Source: Fusobacteriota bacterium
GTDB lineage: Bacteria; Fusobacteriota; Fusobacteriia; Fusobacteriales; JBNJFI01
DNA: 12,458 nt
Reading direction: 5' to 3'
NCBI GenBank assembly: GCA_051746725.1
Contig: JBNJFI010000046.1
Location: 1-12,458 of the forward strand
The position numbers were made by a program, and so were the translations under genes. Positions 7,370 to 12,458 of the stretch are shown here, piece by piece; within the stretch, counting starts at the first letter, position 1, and every line of letters starts with the position of its first letter. The notes beneath the pieces were generated by a model that was not told the origin of the DNA, searched no databases, and was given only the letters and a program-made list of their open reading frames with translations.

Positions 7370-8308
7370 TTATTCTTTATAATCTATTATACTTTTAAAA
7401 ATTTCCTTTACTGACATTATCTCTTTTATCTTCCCTACATCTTCACCTGTAAAAAATATTCCTTCATCTTGATTTCCAGCATGACCTGCTCTTAGAGAAT
7501 CTGCAACACACCACTCTTTTGAACAATGTTTTAAGCAATTTGTACACTTTCTTGGACTTGGGGCTTTTCCTGCCATGACTAAATCAGTCATCTTAGACTT
7601 TATAGCATTAGCTGGTAACCCTGCAGAGCTCATTATTCTAACTACATCTGAGCTTTCAGATTTTACATAAAGTTCTTTAAATTTTTCAGAAACGTTGCAC
7701 TCTTTTGTTGCTACAAACCTAGTTCCCATTTGAACTCCATCTAATCCCAAATCAAACATTCTTTTAACATCCTCTGGGTTTACAACTCCACCTGCACCTA
7801 TAACTGGAATTGATAATTTTTCTTTTATTTTTTTTACAATATCCCAACTATCTTCATCTGTTCCTAAATGTCCCCCTGCATTTCCTCCTTCAACAACTAC
7901 GGCAGCTGCTCCTAATCTTTCCGATATTCTAGCTAGTTTCAAAGAGGATACTATGGGAACAACTGGTACATCTGCTTTTTTAGCTACTTTGAATACATCT
8001 TTTGAAAATCCAGCTCCATAAATAATTACATCTATACCTGCTTCAATTGAGGCTTTTATTCCTTTCATAAAATCTGTTGCTGCAAACATTATATTTACAC
8101 CAATTATTCCCTCAGTCTGTTCTTTTGCTTTTTTTATTTCCTCTTTTAATTCTTCTACTTTAAGAGCTGTCCCTGCAATAAGTCCTATTCCGCCTTCATT
8201 AGCTACTGCTGCTGCTAGTTTAGCCATAGATACTTTTATTGCCATTCCACCTTGAATTATAGGGTACTTAGGTCTTAATTTTCCTATCTTTAATTCTGGA
8301 AACTCCAT
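7370..8308 (-). CDS. Nitronate monooxygenase/FabK-fold FMN enzyme with C-terminal Cys cluster (FabX/UfaA-like candidate), about 312 aa
   Basis: PIIQGGMA, EGGNAGGHLG, AGGV, GVQMGTRF and C-x2-C-x3-C-x4-C (CTNCLKHCSKEWC, 7508-7546). Start moved from 8404 to the ATG at 8308 (MEFPELKIG), which has SD GAGGAG at 8315-8320. The family call is secure; FabX activity is inference. Confidence 0.8.
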   Translation of the reverse strand: MEFPELKIGKLRPKYPIIQGGMAIKVSMAKLAAAVANEGGIGLIAGTALKVEELKEEIKKAKEQTEGIIGVNIMFAATDFMKGIKASIEAGIDVIIYGAGFSKDVFKVAKKADVPVVPIVSSLKLARISERLGAAAVVVEGGNAGGHLGTDEDSWDIVKKIKEKLSIPVIGAGGVVNPEDVKRMFDLGLDGVQMGTRFVATKECNVSEKFKELYVKSESSDVVRIMSSAGLPANAIKSKMTDLVMAGKAPSPRKCTNCLKHCSKEWCVADSLRAGHAGNQDEGIFFTGEDVGKIKEIMSVKEIFKSIIDYKE

Positions 8309-8339
8309 AAAATTCTCCTCTCCTATACATAAATTTATT

Positions 8340-8368
8340 TTTATACTCATAACTTGTTTTGTTAACAA
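8340..8368 (-). promoter_or_regulatory. Candidate sigma70-type internal promoter for the FabX-like gene and downstream genes
   Basis: Minus strand TTGTTA (8368-8363) - 17 bp - TATAAA (8345-8340), about 30 nt upstream of ATG 8308. An alternative TATAAT at 8391-8396 has only a weak -35. AT-rich background limits certainty. Confidence 0.4.
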
Positions 8369-8400
8369 ATTAGAAAAGAATATAGTATTAATTATACATT

Positions 8401-8447
8401 TCATATTAATATATCTTTATTGTATTATTAAAAATATATTAATATGA
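8401..8447. repeat. AT-rich inverted repeat (second hairpin after acpP)
   Basis: TCATATTAATATAT (8401-8414) is the exact reverse complement of ATATATTAATATGA (8434-8447). On the minus-strand RNA pairing extends to 19 bp with one G-U pair and a 9-nt loop. Confidence 0.7.
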
Positions 8448-8479
8448 CTATAGCGGATATATTTAATATCCGCTATAGT
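8447..8479 (-). terminator. Stem-loop directly after acpP (terminator or 3' stabiliser)
   Basis: Perfect 14-bp inverted repeat ACTATAGCGGATAT (8447-8460) / ATATCCGCTATAGT (8466-8479) with a 5-nt loop, 7 nt after the acpP stop. There is no clean adjacent U-run, so termination may be partial. Confidence 0.65.
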
Positions 8480-8486
8480 TCATTAT

Positions 8487-8717
8487 TTATGCATTTTCTT
8501 TAACATAATCTAAAACATCTTGAACTGTTTTAAGTTTTTCCGCTTCTTCATCAGGGATTTCAACATCAAACTCTTCTTCAAATTCCATTATCAATTCTAC
8601 TGTATCAAGAGAATCCGCATCGAAATCATCAATAAAAGAGGCTTCAGGTACTACTCTTTCTGGATCAACTCCTAATTGATCAACTATTACTTCCTTTATT
8701 TGATCTAAAACTGCCAT
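8487..8717 (-). CDS. acpP: Acyl carrier protein
   Basis: 76-aa acidic protein with the phosphopantetheine site ADSLDTVEL and [29 protein letters not shown] at 8724-8731. Confidence 0.97.
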   Translation of the reverse strand: MAVLDQIKEVIVDQLGVDPERVVPEASFIDDFDADSLDTVELIMEFEEEFDVEIPDEEAEKLKTVQDVLDYVKENA

Positions 8718-8766
8718 CTAATACACCTCCTTATAATTAACCTTTTATATTTTTAGTACTACAATA

Positions 8767-8795
8767 AATATACCAAATTTATACTATTTTTGCAA
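8767..8795 (-). promoter_or_regulatory. Internal sigma70-type promoter for acpP
   Basis: Minus strand TTGCAA (8795-8790) - 17 bp - TATATT (8772-8767) with an extended -10 TG (TGgTATATT), in the fabG-acpP gap. Confidence 0.65.
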
Positions 8796-8809
8796 ATAAT
8801 TTTACTTGA

Positions 8810-9556
8810 TTATTGCATAACCATTCCACCATCAACAGTCAATGTTTGACCTGTTACATATTTTGAAAGATCTGAAGCTAAAAATAAAACCGCATTACTA
8901 ACATCTTCAGGAGTTCCCATTTCTCCAAGAGGTATTTCACTTAAAATTTGCTTTTGAACGTCCTCTTTTAAAATTTCGGTCATATCTGTTTTAATAAATC
9001 CTGGAGCAACAGCATTCACCCTTATACCTCTTTTAGCTCCTTCTCTTGCTACAGACTTAGTTATTCCTAATATTCCTGCCTTTGAAGCAGAATAATTAAC
9101 TTGACCAACATTCCCTATCAGACCTATAACTGAAGATATGTTTATAATACTTCCTGATCTTTGTTTTAACATTTTTCTAAATACTGCTTGAGTACAGTTA
9201 AATACTCCTTTTAAGTTTACATCTATTACTTGATCAAAATCTTTTTCTTTCATTCTTAAAAAAAGTTTATCTCTTGTTATTCCTGCATTATTAACTAATA
9301 TATCTATATTATCAAATTCTTTTAAAGTTTCTTTAATTAAGCTTTTGGCTCCATCCATCTTAGCCACATTTGACTTTATAAATATTGTTTTAACTCCATA
9401 ATTATCCTGTATCTCTTTAGCAGTTTCTATTCCTTTATCTAATATATCTGTTACTACTATATTAGATCCTGCCTCTGCTAGTTTTATTGCTATTTCTTTC
9501 CCTATTCCTTGAGCAGATCCAGTTACTATTGCTACTTTTCCTTTTAAATCAATCAC
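8810..9556 (-). CDS. fabG: 3-oxoacyl-ACP reductase
   Basis: SDR motifs TGSAQGIG, LVNNAGITRD, catalytic YSASK, VAPGFIKTDMT, VDGGM. GTG start with SD AAGGAGGA at 9561-9568. Confidence 0.96.
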   Translation of the reverse strand: MIDLKGKVAIVTGSAQGIGKEIAIKLAEAGSNIVVTDILDKGIETAKEIQDNYGVKTIFIKSNVAKMDGAKSLIKETLKEFDNIDILVNNAGITRDKLFLRMKEKDFDQVIDVNLKGVFNCTQAVFRKMLKQRSGSIINISSVIGLIGNVGQVNYSASKAGILGITKSVAREGAKRGIRVNAVAPGFIKTDMTEILKEDVQKQILSEIPLGEMGTPEDVSNAVLFLASDLSKYVTGQTLTVDGGMVMQ

Positions 9557-9590
9557 AATATCCTCCTTATTATCTTAACTATATTTATTT

Positions 9591-10508
9591 TTAACTTTTA
9601 TTTATTTTTTCTAGATCTTTAATATTCCTTATATTTTTAACTTTTATTTTTCGATCAATTTTTCTTGCTAATCCTTTTAAAACTCGACCTGGTCCAATTT
9701 CATAAAATTCTGTTACACCAGCTTCTACTAATTTATTCATAGTATCAACCCATTTCACAGGTCCAAAGGTTTGTCGATAAAGTTCTTCTTTTATCTCTTC
9801 TTTTTTGCTTAACTCCTTTGAGTCAGTATTTGCTATTAATTTTATAACCGGATTTTTAAATTGAAATTTATCAAAAACTTCTTTTAATCTATCCCCTGCT
9901 TCTTTCATTAATTTCGAATGAAAAGGACCTGATACAGGTAAAATTATTGCTCTTTTAGCACCTGCCTCTTTTAATTTCTCACATGCTTTTTTGACAGCCT
10001 CTTTGCTACCAGCTATTACAGTTTGTCCTGGAGAGTTATAATTAACTGCCTCCACTATCCCTTGGATATCCACACATATATTTTCAATTTTTTCTGCAGT
10101 TAATCCTATTATAGCTGCCATTGTTCCATCTACTTTACTCGCTACTTCTGTCATTATTTCTCCTCGTTCTTTCGCCAGTAAAACTGCCTCTTTGTCAGTT
10201 AAAATACCAGAAGCAGCTAGTGCTGAATATTCTCCTAAGCTATGACCCGCTACATAATCTGGACGGATTCCTTTTTCTTTTAATAACTTAGTTAAGGCTA
10301 ATGAATTCAAAACTATTGCTGGTTGAGTATATTTCGTCTCTTTTAAAGTTTCTTCAGGACCATTAAACATAATCTCTTTAAGCTCACCCATGTTTTCTAA
10401 TATATCGTCATACATTTTTTTTATATCATTATACTCTTCATAAATATCTTTTCCCATTCCAACTTCCTGAGAACCTTGACCAGGAAATAAAAAAGCTATC
10501 TTTGACAT
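9591..10508 (-). CDS. fabD: Malonyl-CoA:ACP transacylase
   Basis: FPGQGSQ, TQPAI, catalytic GHSLGEY, NYNSPGQTVIAG, VSGPFHS, EIGPGRVL. SD GGGAGG at 10513-10518. Confidence 0.97.
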   Translation of the reverse strand: MSKIAFLFPGQGSQEVGMGKDIYEEYNDIKKMYDDILENMGELKEIMFNGPEETLKETKYTQPAIVLNSLALTKLLKEKGIRPDYVAGHSLGEYSALAASGILTDKEAVLLAKERGEIMTEVASKVDGTMAAIIGLTAEKIENICVDIQGIVEAVNYNSPGQTVIAGSKEAVKKACEKLKEAGAKRAIILPVSGPFHSKLMKEAGDRLKEVFDKFQFKNPVIKLIANTDSKELSKKEEIKEELYRQTFGPVKWVDTMNKLVEAGVTEFYEIGPGRVLKGLARKIDRKIKVKNIRNIKDLEKINKS

Positions 10509-10535
10509 TTTTCCTCCCTATTCTAATAAAAATAA

Positions 10536-11483
10536 TTAAGATATTTCAAATCTTTTTTGTAAAATTTTCATCTCTTCTTTTAAACCATTCATAAAATCTT
10601 GTATAATCTCTTCAGAAGTTTCTTCTTTTTTAACCATAGCTGCTACTTGACCAGACATAACATTCCCTTGATCCGTATCTCCATCTCTTGCAGCAAGTCT
10701 AAGTTTACCTGAACCTAATTTTTCCAACTCTTCAACTGAAGCACCCTCTTCTTCCATTTTAATAAACTGTCTAGCCAACTTATTTTTTATTATTCTAACT
10801 GGATGACCAGTTTTATGACCTGTTACTACTGTACTTCTATCTCTAGCTTTTAATATTTCTTTTTTATATTCTGGATGAACTGTACACTCTTTTGCAACGA
10901 TAAATCTTGTACCAACCTGTACACCATCTGCCCCTAAAGCCATTGCAGCTAAAAATTGCTTTCCAGTTGCTATCCCTCCAGCTCCTATAACTGGAATTTT
11001 TACAGCTTCTACTACTTGAGGTAATAAAGCCATTGTAGTTAAATTACCAACATGTCCTCCAGCTTCCATTCCTTCAACTATAATTGCATCTGCCCCACTT
11101 CTTTGCATTCTTTTTGCCAAAGCTACAGATGGAACTATAGGTATCACTTTTATTCCAGCACCCTTCAATTTTTTCATATATGGACCTGGATTTCCTGCTC
11201 CAGTAGTTACAACCTGAACCCCTTCTTCTATACATACCTCTATTTGTTCTTTAACATGATCCATCATTAACATAAGATTTACTGCAAAAGGTTTGTCTGT
11301 TATTTCTTTTGCAATTTTAACTTCTTTTCTTAATAATTCCGGGGGCATTCCACCACCAGCTATTATTCCTAAACCTCCTGCTTTTGAAACATGACCTGCT
11401 AAATTTCCATCTGCTATCCAAGCCATTGCCCCTTGAAATATTGGAAATTCTATATCTAATAAATTACATAATCTCGTATTCAT
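10536..11483 (-). CDS. fabK: Enoyl-ACP reductase II (FMN-dependent)
   Basis: [55 protein letters not shown]; located between fabH and fabD. No Cys cluster. Confidence 0.93.
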   Translation of the reverse strand: MNTRLCNLLDIEFPIFQGAMAWIADGNLAGHVSKAGGLGIIAGGGMPPELLRKEVKIAKEITDKPFAVNLMLMMDHVKEQIEVCIEEGVQVVTTGAGNPGPYMKKLKGAGIKVIPIVPSVALAKRMQRSGADAIIVEGMEAGGHVGNLTTMALLPQVVEAVKIPVIGAGGIATGKQFLAAMALGADGVQVGTRFIVAKECTVHPEYKKEILKARDRSTVVTGHKTGHPVRIIKNKLARQFIKMEEEGASVEELEKLGSGKLRLAARDGDTDQGNVMSGQVAAMVKKEETSEEIIQDFMNGLKEEMKILQKRFEIS

Positions 11484-11486
11484 CTT

Positions 11487-12458
11487 TTAGTTTTCCTCCC
11501 TAGACCATTTTAATAAACAAGAACCGTATGTTAATCCGGCACCAAAACCTACTAATAGTAAATTATCACCTTTTTTGACTTTTTTGTCTTTTACTGCTTC
11601 ATCTAATGCCAATCCTATTGAAGCTGATGAGGTGTTTCCATACCTATCTAAATTAGTATAAAATTTAGATATAGGTTGTTTTAATCTCTTTGCTGCTGCA
11701 TTTATAATTCTAGTATTAGCCTGATGAGGAATAAATATATCGACATCGTCAGGTGTCATATTTATTCTATTTAAAGTTTTCTTTGTTGTTTCAGGCAAAG
11801 CCTTAACTGCAAATTTAAAAACTTCTTTGCCTTTCATTTTTAAATAATGCATCTTATTTTTTACTGTTTCTTCAGTAGCTGGATTTCTACTTCCTCCACC
11901 AGGTTGATCTAAAGTATGTCCACCACTACCTCTAGCTCCTAAATTATATGATTTTATTCCATAATCTTCTTCTACTTCTTCTAAAACAACGGCTGCAGCT
12001 CCATCTCCAAATAAAACACATGTATTTCTGTCTTCCCAATCAATTATTTTTGAAAGAGTCTCCGACCCTATTACTAAAACCTTCTTATACATACCTGTTG
12101 CTATATAATTAGCACCTGTAACAAGTCCATAAATCATACCTGTACAAGCTGCCTCTAAGTCAAATGCCGCAACTTCCTTTGCCCCTAATTTATCTTGAAT
12201 TATTGCAGCAGTTGCTGGAAAGGGATAATCTGGAGTTATTGTTGCCACAATTATTAAATCCAATTCATTTGCTTTTATATTGGCATCTTTTAATGCCTTC
12301 TTAGCTGCTTTTAATCCTAAATCAGATGTAGCTTCTGTTTCTTTAGAAATTCTTCTTTCTTTTATTCCTGTCCTTGTTTGAATCCATTCATCTGATGTAT
12401 CTACTATATCTTCTAAATCTTTATTTGTCATTATTTTTTCTGGAACATAGGAACCAAT
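11487..12458 (-). CDS. fabH: Beta-ketoacyl-ACP synthase III, 5'-truncated by the window edge
   Basis: The frame stays open upstream of 12431 to the edge (IGSYVPEKI-MTNKDL), so the true start is outside the window. DTSDEWIQTRTGI, catalytic triad in AACTG, PHQAN and GNTSSAS, and GFGAGLT. Confidence 0.96.
   Translation of the reverse strand: MGSYVPEKIMTNKDLEDIVDTSDEWIQTRTGIKERRISKETEATSDLGLKAAKKALKDANIKANELDLIIVATITPDYPFPATAAIIQDKLGAKEVAAFDLEAACTGMIYGLVTGANYIATGMYKKVLVIGSETLSKIIDWEDRNTCVLFGDGAAAVVLEEVEEDYGIKSYNLGARGSGGHTLDQPGGGSRNPATEETVKNKMHYLKMKGKEVFKFAVKALPETTKKTLNRINMTPDDVDIFIPHQANTRIINAAAKRLKQPISKFYTNLDRYGNTSSASIGLALDEAVKDKKVKKGDNLLLVGFGAGLTYGSCLLKWSREEN

Noticed and set aside
8309..8404. 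32-aa N-terminal extension of the FabX-like ORF given by the track
   Set aside because: No SD before 8404, the region is AT-rich and promoter-like, and the ATG at 8308 has a good SD and matches where the family begins.
8753..8769. TTAGTA half-site near the acpP promoter as a FapR operator
   Set aside because: The second half of TTAGTA-N5-TACTAA is absent (reads ATAAAT); only a short TAGTACTA palindrome remains.
11052..11270. Plus-strand 72-aa ORF
   Set aside because: Antisense shadow of fabK; aromatic/Ser-rich nonsense composition.
12429..12431. ATG at 12431 as the fabH start
   Set aside because: The conserved GSYVP segment is encoded upstream in frame to the window edge; the gene is truncated by the window, not a pseudogene.
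1..12458. Mobile elements, CRISPR arrays, tRNA/rRNA genes, riboswitches, defence systems
   Set aside because: No transposase/integrase motifs, spaced repeat arrays or RNA gene signatures seen by eye; intergenic gaps are short and largely explained. An Rfam scan of 8309-8486 would be the decisive check for a structured RNA.

Overview
AT-rich bacterial chromosome segment, almost entirely one minus-strand housekeeping cluster. In transcription order: fabH (5' end cut by the window edge) - fabK - fabD - fabG - acpP - a second FabK/nitronate-monooxygenase-fold flavoenzyme with a C-terminal four-Cys motif (FabX/UfaA-like) - fabF - rnc - Elp3-like radical SAM protein - RNase E/G family - coaD - CheY-like receiver protein - terminator - DUF1537 four-carbon acid sugar kinase - hypothetical membrane protein. 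This converges, at a 21-bp perfect hairpin, on a small plus-strand DUF896/YnzC-like gene missed by the ORF track. The fab-rnc-radical SAM-rng-coaD order resembles what I recall from Fusobacteriota; this is an inference, not a verified assignment. No mobile elements, CRISPR arrays, tRNA or rRNA genes were seen. The most notable points are a candidate FabX-type [4Fe-4S] flavoenzyme alongside canonical FabK, an orphan CheY overlapping coaD, two abutting long hairpins plus a candidate internal promoter/operator after acpP, and an orphan acid-sugar kinase preceded by an 11-bp tandem repeat. None is a proven new system; all are hypotheses for follow-up.
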